64,000 bases of DNA from Callorhinchus milii (lineage: Eukaryota): assembly GCF_018977255.1 (NCBI RefSeq), contig NW_024704743.1, positions 54,376,001 through 54,440,000 on the forward strand, read 5' to 3'. How positions within the stretch are numbered: the first letter of the stretch is position 1; each line of letters begins with the position of its first letter. The notes beneath the pieces were generated by a model, which ran no database searches, was not told the DNA's origin, and saw nothing but the letters and a program-made list of their open reading frames with translations. The position numbers and the translations under genes are program-made. Positions 52,100 through 64,000 of the stretch are shown piece after piece.

Positions 52100-52740
52100 G
52101 CCATGGCCCATTCTGCCTTCCCCCACTTCTGCTACATCGCCCCAGTCTGCCACTGTCTAACACAACAGGCTGCTGAGACCCTCATACACACATTCATAAC
52201 ATCCAGGCTTGATTATGCAAACTCCCTGCTTGTCAGCCTCCCCAACTCCTCCCTCCATCGGCTGCAAATCATCCAAAACTCTGCAGCCCGTGTCCTCTCC
52301 CGCATCACCCCCATCCTCGCCCGACTTAATTGGCTTCCCATCACACAGACGATACAGTTCACGAACCTGGTTCTCAGCTTCAAAGCCCTCCATGGTATTG
52401 CTCCTCCCTACCTCTGTGACCTCCTAAGCCCCTACCATCCTGCTCGCTCCCTCCATTCAGCAGGTTCTGGCCTGCTTCATGTCCCCCCTTAAGGTGAGCC
52501 TTCATCCACTCTGCCCCCATCCTATGGAACTCCATCCCTCTGCCTCACCCCTTGCTTTGCCTCCTTCAAGACCCATCTCAAGACCCTCCTCTTCGACTGT
52601 GCCTTCGGTCACCCTCCATCCTACCCTGCCCTCCATCCTCCCTGATCCCGACCCCCAGCTCGGGTCCAAAACACAGATTGTCAAGCATCTTGGGAAGTCC
52701 TCCCCACGTGAAAGGTGCTATACAGATGTAATTTGGTTGT
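52100..52740 (+). mobile_element. L2 3' fragment
   Basis: ORF 52103..52492: AAETLIHTFITSRLDYANSLL..LQIIQNSAARVL..ITPILARLNWLP. Confidence 0.95.
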
Positions 52741-53809
52741 TCTTTTTGTTATAAAGTGCAGTGACTGTACAGTTTGCAGGCATACACAACAGCCAATTTA
52801 CACACAGCAATGTCTCACAAACAGTCATGAAGTAAATGACCAATTTTATCTTTGGGAAGAATAAATAGTGAGATCTTTAATGTCCATCTGAACAGGTAGG
52901 TGGGACAAAGGTTTAACATTTTATGTTAAAGGTAACAATGCATCACTTTCCCAACCCCCCCCCCCCTTGTTGTAATGTCAGACTAGGCCATGAGTTCAAA
53001 GTCCTGCCTCTAGGGCAAGGGTACCGCCAACTGAGCCGGGCTACACACTGCATTAATGACATCCAGGACCATGTAGGCGGGAAATTCAAATTCCTCATGA
53101 CCAATTACAATCTATTTTTTCAAGTCTGTTTTTCTGTCACCATGGAAACACACTGGCCATGCCAACAATGTTTTTCAGTCATTCTTATTTGTCACCCATT
53201 TGAGATCAACATTATTATTCTGGGGCTGTAAACACAGATGAAAGCCGAAATGCAGTGACAACCATATTGGGTAGAGGCTGAACTCCAACAACCACAGAGG
53301 GCCAAAATAAGTCTGAGTCATGATATCTCATTATGTCAACAATGTGTAGAGAATTCCAGAAATTTCACAGTATTACTATCTTCCTGACCTCAACACCCTC
53401 AGCAGCATGTAACATCACAGTTATAAAAGAACAGGCCACGATGGCACCACCCATAATAAATGATGTATGAGAACTTGTAACAAGAACTGACTCAGAGTGA
53501 GGGGCCTCGCTGTTTGTAAAACTAGCTTTTGCAAGGTAGGTAAAATCCCGGAACTGTGAAATGTGGGCCTCCCTCTGCATTACCAGACTCCAGAGCGTTC
53601 AGTGTAAAATAGGTATTAAAAATACTGGTAAATTTGTCAATCTTCAGAAAAGACTAATGATTTCAATGAGTGTTTCAATGAATTCAACAAACTGATCAGT
53701 GTTTAAATAGTGTTCCCACCACCTTGGCAGGTGTGGGTGTGAAAAGTATGGTTATGGTGAGTGTTATGGATAAACATTAGAGATATAAAGGATGGTTCTG
53801 CAAAGTTAC

Positions 53810-54015
53810 TCGTTGGGTGGCAGTGAATGTGGTGATCGCCTAGAGGAGAGACTGTTTAGAGAATGTGGATCTACAACATCCATAAATTCTTTTACTTCAT
53901 TGAGATTTTTATTAGGAACGAAGAAATGTGCAGGATCAGAAAAGGCAGTTCCTCCAGCTGTTTCCATTTTCAAATATGAACTCTCACTATCTCCCAATCT
54001 CCCAAACCAAGTTCC
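53810..54015 (-). CDS. Candidate exon B (GTWFGRLGDSESSYLKMETAGGTAFSDPAHFF...SPHSLPPN); contains a possible start ATG at 53967
   Basis: ttttaatag| acceptor, 206-nt open frame, GA|gtaact donor (phase 0->2). ATG in strong Kozak context (AAAATGG). Overlaps ORF 53806..53997. Confidence 0.55.
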
Positions 54016-54649
54016 CTATTAAAACTATCGACATTATCCACTTATACCTTCAGTTCCCTGAAAAAACTGTGCCATACAGTAACCACCCTTTGTATGAATT
54101 CTAAACTGTGTAAATGTTTTCAGGCAAATGTTAAAATGCTTTTGTAAACCTTTGCTAAAGCCAACAGAATAATTCAGTGCAACAGTGTCACTTCATTGTC
54201 AATAAAAACAATAACCCCTGCATTTCATGTCATTCAGACATTTCAAAGCACTTCCAGGATATACTATAAAGTGGATTGACTGTGTTATTATAGGCGAAAC
54301 ACAGCAGCAATGTCCCACAAACAGCCATGGAGTGAGTGATCAATTTTTTTTCTCCCAGGGCACTGGGAGACATTCTTTTCAAACAGTGCCATGGGATCTT
54401 TAACATCCAGTGGAAAGGAGCTTTGGCTTAATGTCTCATCTGAAGGACGTCACCTCCAACAATGCAGCACAACCCCAGTACTCCATTGGAGTGTCAACCT
54501 AGACCTGCTTGGGCCAACTGGCGACCCGATAATGATCTTATCCAGCCTAAGACAGCGGCAGGATCCGGCAGTTGGGAGGACACAGCGCGGAGAGAGAACA
54601 TAATACCGTTTGTTGCTGCAGTCTGTCAGGAAGGCAAGCGTGTCTCTTA

Positions 54650-54669
54650 CCAATCGCAGCCTTAGCAAC
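54650..54669. promoter_or_regulatory. Adjacent CCAAT box and RFX X-box-like motif (gcagccttagcaac)
   Basis: ccaat at 54650-54654. gcagccttagcaac at 54656-54669 matches GTTGCCATAGCAAC at 11/14 positions with an intact TAGCAAC half-site. Local CpG enrichment at 54510-54720. Confidence 0.3.
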
Positions 54670-54700
54670 CTCTGGCTCCTGCCGATGCAGCTAATGATTA
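54651..54700 (-). other. Candidate exon A of minus-strand gene (5' UTR or coding; only open frame IISCIGRSQRLLRLRL)
   Basis: Strong acceptor-like tttctccccctctcctcctctgcag| and donor TTG|gtaaga. The only open frame is phase 1->0, in frame with exon B. Lies in a CpG-richer, apparently unique patch between two SINEs. Confidence 0.45.
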
Positions 54701-54737
54701 CTGCAGAGGAGGAGAGGGGGGAGAAAGTGGGGGAGGG

Positions 54738-55100
54738 TGTCAGCCTGGCTCAGTTGGTAGCAATCTCGTCTCCGAGTCAGAAGTTTTTGAGTTCAAGTCC
54801 ACATATTCTAAGCTGATGCTTCAAAGCAAAGCTGGGAGTATTGTTGAAGGTGGCATCCTTTGGATGAGACATTAAACTTCAACTTCAGGTATAAGTTAAA
54901 GGTCCCATGGCACTATTTAAAAAGAAAAGGGAGATTCACCTGGTGTCATTTCATTGTTGTTTATTGGGACATTACTGTGTGCAATTGAGCTACAGTGTTT
55001 GTCTACAAATACACAGTCACTCCATTTCACAGCAATAACTGTGAAGCGCTTTGGAACGTTCTCTCGACCTTAAAGATGCTATACCAAATGCAAGGATTAT
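54738..55100 (+). mobile_element. Older Deu-domain SINE
   Basis: gtcagcctggctcagttggtagc head through aaatgcaaggattatt tail. Confidence 0.85.
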
Positions 55101-55364
55101 TGATTAACATCTATCGTGAGATGAGTCAATTACTGTGAGCTGGATGTTGGATTCAGACTTGGAGCTTCAAATTTCTTTCCCTGACACAATTGACATTCAC
55201 ATTCAGGCCTGCTGCAGGTAAAGGGTGGAGTTTTATTAATATGGTCATTAAGTAGGGAGTAAAATCTTTCCACAGTGTTCAGTCATGTCTCCTGGTAGGT
55301 TCACTAAGAAATAGCACTAAAATGGATAATGGAAATATTCATGAGGTTCCATATATATATCATT

Positions 55365-56965
55365 GAAATTTGTATAGCGCCTTTCATGTCGGAGGATGTC
55401 CCAAGGCGCTGGACAATCAGTGTTTCAAACCCGAGCTGCGCGGTTGGGATCAGGGAGGGTGGGGAGCAGAGGGAGGATGGGGGCGACCAAAGGCACGGTC
55501 GAAGAGCAGATTCTTGAGATGGGTCTTGAAGGAGGTAAGGGAGGGGCAAGGTGGAGAAACTGAGATGGAGTTCCAGAGGGTGGGGCAGAATGGCTGAAGG
55601 CCCACCTGCCAATGGTGGGGCGGGCAAGGAGTGGAACATGAAGCAGGCCGGAGTCTGCTGAGTGGAGGGAGCAGGCAGGTTGGTAGGGGGATAACTGGTC
55701 GCAGAGGTAGGGGGGGGCAAGGCCATGGAGGGCTTTGAAAGTGAGGACCAGGATCTTGAACTGTATCCTCTGTGTGATGGGAAGCCAGTGGAGTTGGGCG
55801 AGGATGGGGGTGATAGGGTCATGGAGCCTGGTGCTGGAGAGGACACAGCCTACAGATTTCTGGATGATCTGAAGCCTATGGAGGGAGGAGTTGGGGAGGC
55901 TGACAAGCAAGGAGTTTGCGTAGTTGAGCCTGGATATTATGAATGCATGGATGAGGGTCTCGCCGGCCTGCGATGTGAGACAGTGGCAGAGCTGAGCGAT
56001 GTTGTGGAGGTGGAGAAAGGCAGAGCGGGTCATGGCACAAATATAAAACATAAAAACAGAAGAACTGCTAGGTGAAACAAGACCAAGGTCCATCTGGTTT
56101 GCCTTTCACCTTCCTGGCGGTCTCTTGCACATATGTCCCAAACTACCTATGTACTATATCCCATAATGTTATTTCCTAAAAGAAAACTATCTAATCCGTG
56201 TTTGAAAGAATCAACATTTCCTGCTTCAACCGTCTCCCTAGGGAGCCTGTTCCACAGGTTCACCATCTGCTCACTGAAATAGTGTTTGCGTAGACTCGTT
56301 CTGAATTTACCCCCCTTCAATTGCAGGCCATGTCCTCTGGTTTTACTATTCTGGACAAGTTGAAACAGCCTGTCATGATCTATATTGTCTTGCCACTTTA
56401 GAATCTTAAAGACAGCAATCATGTTGCCTCTCAATCCTCTCTTTTCCAGGGTGAACATGCTCAATTTACTTAATCGCTCCTCATAATCCAGTCCCTCCAG
56501 TCCATCAACCATTTTGGTTGCTCTACTCTGTATCTTCTCGATTTCTCCAATATCCTTTTTGTACTGCAGTGACAGATGTGAGGTATGAAGGACAATTGAG
56601 GGTTGAACAAGACGCCGAGGTTCCATATTGGCTCCGTGAGCTGCAGAGTGCATCCATGAAGGGTGGTGCTGACAGCACCCGAGGTATTGAGGTGCTGATG
56701 GGAGCCAAGCAGGAGGCCCTTGGTCTCATTAACATTCAACTGCAGGAAGCTTACTCTCATCTAGGACTTGATGTCCGACAGGCAGTCTGTGAGGTGAGTA
56801 GTGGTCCTGAAATTGACGGTGAAGGCAGAGAGGTAGAGTTGGATGTCATCTGTATATAGGTGGAAGTTGACCCCCCTGTCTGCAGATGATATCATCAAGG
56901 AGGAGTATACAATTATTGAAAAGAAGAGGACCAAAGACAGAGCCCTGAGGGATGCCACTTGTGAC
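55365..56965 (-). mobile_element. L2 fragment (RT YxDD region to 3' end) split by a CR1 insertion
   Basis: ORFs with FHLYTDDIQLYLS, FLQLNVNETK and LHWLPITQRIQFKIL. Confidence 0.9.
56046..56568 (-). mobile_element. CR1 LINE 3' fragment nested in L2
   Basis: ORF 56147..56653: IEKIQSRATKMV..YEERL..TRGHGLQL..LWNRLP. Confidence 0.95.
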
Positions 56966-58112
56966 GGTATGGTTCTATCTTAAGGTTGGTAACTGGAAGC
57001 AAGGAAAAATGAAGAAAAGAGTGAGAATTATAAAAGTGATGCATTTTCTCATTTAAAAAACAAAGTAACATAATTAAGCAATACTTTGTCAATACTTTGA
57101 AAACTACATTTAGAGTTGATTTAAAGTGCTGCAACTTGTTTTATTTGCTTTTGAAATATGTTTAATTTCCATGATGATTGTTTTATTATTCCATTTTCTT
57201 TCCAAATCAGACCTTGAACTCTTTCATATCAAATCCTGGCTAGATTCCCTATGAGTTGCTTGTTCAATGTTAGTGGTAGATGAGGATACGAGGCAAATAG
57301 TGCAGTGCACAGCACGGTTTTTTGACCAGAAAGTAAATGAATTCTCACTAATGGTATTAAAAAGATCACCAGCATTAGAAATACAATGTTAAAGTGAATG
57401 ACAATGTATAGAATTTTTAATGCCATAAATATGTGTTGATGGGATAAGGGTATTTAATGCTGTTAATCCCACTGATGCAGAATGCAGGAGATTTAAATCA
57501 ATGGAAATACTGCTGGAGCAAAAAAGCAACAAGGACAGAATCGGTAAGATTGATCCTGACCAAAGACGCCCCACCACTGCTGAAAGCTTTACTTCAGTAA
57601 TGTCTCTGTTCATCAAGTAAATCAATGCAAACCAACCTTTCAATAGCATCCAATTATCAGTTTACAGTGAAGCAAGTCATCCTTCATAAATCAGCAAACT
57701 TTAAATGTCGAAATGGACACAGACAAGATAAAAGTTAATAGAAATGCAAATAATATCCTTAAAGTAGCACTGAAACTCATTCCTGAGAATGTACATTATT
57801 TAAGACTTATGGCTGCAACAGCTTAAAAGCTACATTTATGGCTATTTCATTTACTTCACTGGCTTTTGCCTGACCTTTAATTGCACATGGATCAAAGGCA
57901 CAAAGACTATTTGAGAATAGTGTTTAAAGGCTTGTGGGTTCTAAGGACAGTGCATTAATAAAATTCTGCAAATTCAGTCAGCTACATCATCATATGCTAC
58001 TAAAATTCCATAGTATTATAAGACATAATGTAATAAGATGAATTCAAATTATAGTAGATTTCATTTATGGATACTTAACAAATTATTCAACTTTGAAAAT
58101 TTAGACATATAA

Positions 58113-58595
58113 AATAATAATCCTTGCATTTGATAGAGGACCTTTCACATAAGGAGGACATCTCAATATGCTGCACAGATTTACTGTAAAGTCTAGTGAC
58201 TGTGTATTTTGTGGCAGCCAAATTGTGCCTAGCATTGTCCTACAAACTGCCATGAAGTGGATGACCAATCTTGTCTAGGGGATTGTTGGCCATCACATTG
58301 GGTGAAACACCCTTCTCTTTCCAAATAGTGAAATGTGATCTTTAATGTTCAAAATAATAAAAACCAAATGCAAGGATTATTATTATTAATATGTCCACCT
58401 TGACAGTCAGGCTTTAACATCTGCTTCAAAGGAACCCTCGGTTTAACGTCTCATCTGAAGGACGGCACATTCAACAATACAGTGCACCCGAATACAGTAT
58501 TGAAGTGTCAGCCTGGACTATGTTCGTTCAAAGTCCTCAACATGGGGCTTGAATCAACAACTCTCTGACTCAGCGGTAAGCTGTGTTGACACCTA
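58113..58595 (-). mobile_element. Older Deu-domain SINE
   Basis: Same motif series. Confidence 0.8.
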
Positions 58596-58692
58596 GATAT
58601 AAACATGACCTTTCTGTTTTTTAAAAAAAACAATGGTTTCTTGAGTATAACAATTGAATTTGATCTTTGAGTTAATTACATATTTGTATTTG

Positions 58693-60035
58693 TGAAGTTC
58701 TGTAGGTTAGGGGTTAGAGCACTTGCCTTGTAAGCGAGACACCTGGGTTCAATTCCAGGCAGGGCAAGGCAAAACCTTGGGCAAGTTTCCTTACTCCACA
58801 CACCTAATAATAATCCCTCCAAAAACACTAAAAAAGAATAATAAATTGGTCATTTTCAATCCACGACTGTTTGTGAGACAGTGCTATGCGCAATTTGCTG
58901 CCGGGTTTCGCACACAAATATACGGTCAATTAACTTTACAGTATATTCTGTGAAGAGCTTTGAGACCTCGGGAAGATATGAAAAGCATTATATCAAACAC
59001 AAGGATTATTATTATTGTTACTATTATATTATAGAGCGCTTGCCTCGCAAGCAAGAGTACCTGGGTTTGATTCCCAGGCAGGGTGAAATGTTGGGCAAGT
59101 TTCCTTACTCCATACGCCTTTTTTTACCCAGCAGTAAGTAGGAACTCAGTTGTTAGTCGATTGGCAGATCACTTTTCAGTGCGTACTGCTCCGAACTCTG
59201 GAACTCTCTCCCTCAATCCCTCTGCTTTGCCCCTTCCCTCCTCACCTTCAAATCCCACCTAAAGACCTTCCTTTTTAATCGTGCTTATGGTCATCTTTCC
59301 CCTCCCTTTCCCACTGGCTCGGGGTCAGACTCTGCCATAGTAAAGCACTACTGGTGCCCCTCGTGAAGGGGTTTATATAAATGCAAGATTTTGTTGTAAA
59401 AATCCTTTCAAATTTTTTAAGAAAAAAATAATAATTGGGTCACTCACTTGATCCACGACTGTTTGTGGGACACTGCTGTGTGCAATTGGTTGCTGCGTTT
59501 CACAGACAACTTATACAATCAATTCACTTTACAGTATATTCTGTGAAGCGCTTTGATATGTCTTGCAGATGTGATAATGCGCTTTATTAAATGCAAGGAT
59601 TCTTCTTATTATTGACGGATTCACCATCCGTCACCCACCTACCTGCTGGGCTCCTTCCATCCATGGTGGAGTTCTCTAGCATAGTGGTTAGAGTACTCGC
59701 CTCACAAGTGAGAGAATCAGGGTTTGATTACCCAACTAGGCAAAACGTTGGGAAGTTTACTTACTCCACACGCCTCTGTTCACCTAGCAGTAAGTCAGAG
59801 CCTGGTTGTTAGTCGATTGATGGATCACTTTTCTGGGGGTAATAATCCCTCCAAAAATAATAACAATAATTTGTTCACTCAATCCATGACTATTTGTGAG
59901 ACACAGCTGTGTGCAATTGGCTGCTGCGTTTCGCCCACAAAAACAGTCAATTCATTTTACAGAATATCATGTAAAGCGCTTTAAGACTTTTTGAACACGT
60001 GATAAGGCACTATATCAAATGCAAGGATTATTAAT
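58693..60035 (+). mobile_element. Head-to-tail cluster of three tRNA-derived SINEs; the middle one is interrupted by an L2 3' fragment (~59180-59397)
   Basis: Three successive heads, cores and tails at ~58693, ~59031 and ~59668; L2 3' motif aagaccttcctttttaatcgtgc lies inside the second. Confidence 0.9.
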
Positions 60036-60175
60036 ATTATATATAGTAACAATATTTTATCTGTGAGGCATAGGAGTTGCAGTAAATTTAAATTCATCAA
60101 TTTATATTTTTGGCATCAATACTATTTGTAATAAACTTGCTGTAAAAGTCCAAATTATTTCATGTAAATCATAGT

Positions 60176-60289
60176 TGGGGAGATTTTCAAGCATGACTGA
60201 AAAGGTGTAAAAATCACCTTACAGGACATAAATTGCGAAGTATGATCAAAAAATTGAGCCTATAATGAAAGGCCTTGAATTTCACCCCA
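60176..60289. mobile_element. Short MITE-like element with imperfect terminal inverted repeats
   Basis: tggggagattttcaag ... cttgaatttcacccca; GGG-initiated termini as in PIF/Harbinger MITEs. Confidence 0.55.
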
Positions 60290-60814
60290 TAGAAATTTTC
60301 AGTACAGAAGTAGATTATTCAATTCACGACTGTTTGTGGGACACTGCTGTGCGTAATTGGCTGCCTTGTTTCGCCCACAAAATATACAGTCAATTCACTT
60401 TACAGTATATTCTATGAAGCGCTTTGAGACTTCTTGAAGATGTGATAAGGCGCTATATCAAATGCAAGGATTATTATTATTATTGGACCTGTTCTATAAA
60501 TACCACTGTGACTGGTTTCACTAAGATCCCTTTTTATTGATGCCATTTTCCAGTTCTGGAAGTAGGATAGAAGTTGACAAAAGTGTTCTTTGATTAATGC
60601 CTGCTGGGAAAGTGGCAGATTGAACAACAACTTGCATTTATATAGTGCCCTCCTTGTGGGTTAGAGTCCTGGAGCCTTCATTCAGGTTGAAGCTGAACTG
60701 AACTGAGTAAGTCTCGTAACTCTTGGCTAATAATCTAATAGTTTGATCAAAGAGGACCATCCAATCATACATTGAATGGCTTTATTCACAATCTGATTCT
60801 AGAGAAAGATAATA

Positions 60815-61230
60815 TTAATAATAATCCTTGCATTTGATATAGCACCTTATCACATCGTAGATACATTTTTAAAGCACTTTACAGCACTTCACATTTTATT
60901 ATGAAGTGTGTCTGTATTTGTAACAAACACAGCAGCCAATTTACACACAGTAATGTCCCACAAACGGCTATGAAGTTAGTGGCCAATTGTATTTGGGGGA
61001 TCGTTGGCCAGGACACTAGGAAGAACCCCTTTTTGAATAGTGCCATGAGATCTTTAACATCCATTTGAACAGGCAGAGGGAGCCTCAGTTTAACTGTCTC
61101 ATCGGAAGGACAGGACCTTTGACAATTAATCACCCCGCCCCCAGCACTGAATTGGAGTATCAACCTAGACTGTGTGTTCAAAGCCTCAACATGACTCAGA
61201 AGCAAAAGTGCAGCCAAATCAGCCAGGCTG
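60815..61230 (-). mobile_element. Older Deu-domain SINE (many further partial copies and tails across the window are not listed)
   Basis: Same motif series. Confidence 0.8.
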
Positions 61231-61854
61231 CAACACCATCATAAGGTGATAAATGGCTCTAGTGAGTTGATCCCAGGTGAACCAGGCATTGGGATTACCA
61301 CATCCAACACATGTAACCTACTGTAGTGGATACATTGCGGATGCATTAGGATCTCTACCTCCACAAAACAACTACAACAACTTACATTTATATTGTGTCA
61401 TTCACATATGATGAATGCCACGAGGTGCTCCACAATTTGTAGTCCTGCCCTGTTCAAGGTCATGATCCTGAAAGTAGCTTCATCTTAATAATGATAATAT
61501 TCCTTGCATTTGGTATAGTGCCTTACCATGCCTCAAAGCACTTCACACTGTATAAAGTGATTTGATTGTATATTTTGTGGGAGAATCTTCATGCAAGAAA
61601 ACAATTCATTTTCTTACACATGTAAAATGTAATGACACACATTGCAACATAATGCACAATTATGTTGGTTCCTTTAGTTGAATCCTGATGAAAATGACAT
61701 GACTTTTGTTTGCCAAAATGTTTTTCAGGATGACCTTACATTTATCAATGGCATCATGCTTCAACTCTCTAAAGTGCTCCGAGATGCTATCCATATGAAA
61801 GGTGCTGTAGGAATGTAAGTTGTTATTGTTGTTAACTGATCTTTCACCAAAGTT

Positions 61855-62110
61855 ATACTCATAGCTTTCTTGTTTCCTTTCAAATCGCTCTGTGCTGTAA
61901 CCAATGGTTCAACCTCTGACTCTTTCTCAATCAATTTAGGGGAAACCCAGGGTTCTATTCTGTTTCCCACTTTGTTTCTGCTCCACATTAATGACTTTTT
62001 CCATTCATCATCCAACTCCATCTACTATTTTGCTGATGATTTCACTCTACATTAATCTACTTTGGATTCCTACCCTCAGTGTCCATGTCCCTGACTCCTC
62101 TCACAGTTCC
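61855..62110 (+). mobile_element. Non-LTR reverse transcriptase fragment of a different family (L2/Crack/Daphne-like)
   Basis: NGSTSDSFSINLGETQGSILFPTLFLLHIND..YYFADDFTLH corresponds to the RT GVPQGS and FADD motifs. Confidence 0.85.
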
Positions 62111-64000
62111 ATAATTGAATCATAATAATAATAGTAATCCTTGCATTTGATAGAATGAAACCATTTATAAATCACCATCCTTTACAATCGAGCAATAAAA
62201 ATCATTTGGGTTTTAATTCCTCTAAAATACTATATAAACTGTTATTTATGTCTTTTGCAGGTTTTACCAACACCTGTTACTATTGATGGTAACACTCAGT
62301 CCGTCTTCATCTCTTGCCCTCACTACCTCTTCAACAAGCCTGAAATTTCTCATAGTCTTAGCCTTAAAAAAAAACCTGAGGGCAACTAGTTTTCAAATTA
62401 AGATGGGATTTGTAAGTATTTTCTAAGATTCAGAATAATCTTGATTTTTCTTTATGACCATGGTTTTAAGGCTAAGGTGAGATTAAATTTGTCATCTCAA
62501 ATGATGTCCCAAAACTGTTGTCCCAAAATGCCTGTTAGTCTCTTAAAAAGCAAACATTTATTTTACTCATTACTCTCCAAAAACCTCAAGTTTGCCTGGT
62601 ACTTAAACTCTGCTCCAAACACTGCTCCTTCAGCACTCCGAAATGCAATCCCACATGAAAAGTGCTCTACAAGTGCAAGTTAGAGTTGTTGCTCCACTAT
62701 CTGAGAATTTTCATCTATCACTTCTTGTACTGAACAGCATACATGAGAAAGCAAATGGTCTGAATGATGAACTTTCTCTCACTAATTCACTAGGTTATTT
62801 CCTAACCTTTCCATCTTATTCAGAAACAAATCTTGAAAATGTAATGACCATTTCAAAAGTACAGCGCTGATAGGTTTGGTCAGTAATTGCTGAATTATTA
62901 ATTCTATTAATTCTATTGCTCAAACTCCGCAATTCCAAATGGTGGAACCATCACTCAATGTGAAGGGATATGTGTCCAAGCTACGGCCAGAAAGATGGTG
63001 CCAATACTCGCATGCATTTCATGCTGCGCTGTGCTGCCCACTAAGAAGATTGCAGTGAATTCCTGGTATCTCCCATTCCTGTGGGGTCTCAGTAGTCCAG
63101 TTCCTATGCCTGGTGGGTCTGCAGAACTCCTGGGCACTGCTGATGACAGAACAGCCAGCCTGCTTATCAGCAGAACCTGGAAGGGCAGAACAGACACTGG
63201 ACACTTCCCACTCAGAGAAAGTGCGCACTCCATTCAAATAAATATCTCTGGAATTTCTATGTGTAGGTGGGATGCATGGAATTCTCAGTTTGGTTTGGAT
63301 ACTCTTAAGCATGATGATGGGTTTCCACCTGTGGGGGGAAAGTAAGCCAGGTCTCCTTGGAGCTGAACTGGTTCTAAGGTAGTCCAAAAAGTTTAACTAT
63401 GAGTTTATAATTTCCAGCTAAGAGGGTTGAGTTAAGCTCTCTGTCCCCTCCCTTGCTCTTCTTATCTGCCTCCTCTTGTAACTGATGTTTCTTATTTTGA
63501 CCTCAGGCGTTTTGTGGTGGCTTTGCATTTCCTCTTTGGAAGGATTTGTATTTATGGGGCTGGAGAGGGTCACCCTCTCTTGTTTGTGTGATTCTGTCCT
63601 GCCTTCACTGTATTACTCTCTTTTACTCCTGATACAATGGAAACAAACATAGGATTTTTAAATTATATCTTCAGTATTGGGAGAGGAACATTTATTTGTT
63701 GGACAAAGGATATGCGCTGATTTGCTGGATGAGGGTTGGTGACTTATTGGGGTGAAAATGCCGTGTTGATATGAATTTCTGAACAAGATGATTTGATTGT
63801 TTTTAACAAAAGCCTTTTTATCCCAAAAGGAATTGAATATGATTCAAATTCTGGTTATCTAAATAAACGATTCTATTATCATACAAAATAAGTCATGATT
63901 ATCACAATGGCAAATACCGGTTTCATGCCAACTTTTCGAAGCTGAAAATAAATATGGGTATAATCACTAGTTCACTGTATGCTGCACAATATTTGTATTG

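Noticed and set aside
62955..63387. Overlapping 92-122 aa ORFs as a gene or exon
   Set aside because: They overlap the unclassified repeat also seen at 17800-17930 and 45120-45285, and I recognise no protein motif.
63400..63630. Purine-rich minus-strand exon-like stretch
   Set aside because: Stops occur soon after the acceptor in every frame, and there is no clear donor.
1..64000. Recurrent aataatccttgcatttgatatagcgc and caacaacttgcatttatatag motifs as CRISPR-like or regulatory repeats
   Set aside because: Irregularly spaced, on both strands, and matching SINE/L2 3' ends. They are truncated retroposon tails.

Overview
AT-rich, repeat-dense vertebrate genomic DNA. No bacterial-style operons, rRNA, true tRNA genes or CRISPR arrays are visible. 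The repeats point to a cartilaginous fish, possibly a holocephalan such as elephant shark (inference). They comprise tRNA-Ala-headed SINEs with an L2-type tail, older Deu-domain SINEs, L2 and CR1 LINE fragments, a PIF/Harbinger transposase relic and MITE-like elements. Most ORFs in the supplied track are LINE fragments, their antisense frames, or chance. Between the repeats I could trace by eye a phase-consistent chain of 15 short GT-AG exon candidates on the minus strand (54700 to 4438, probably continuing left of the window). It includes a 14-nt microexon and has a CCAAT plus RFX X-box-like site at its 5' end. I cannot name the product; a weak resemblance, from memory, to CCDC87-like proteins needs testing. 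Other points of note: a perfect template-switch-like inverted duplication inside a SINE, a rearranged CR1/CR1/SINE nest, SINE tails sharing a hairpin with a young L2, and an unclassified repeat family. I see no evidence for a new biological system.
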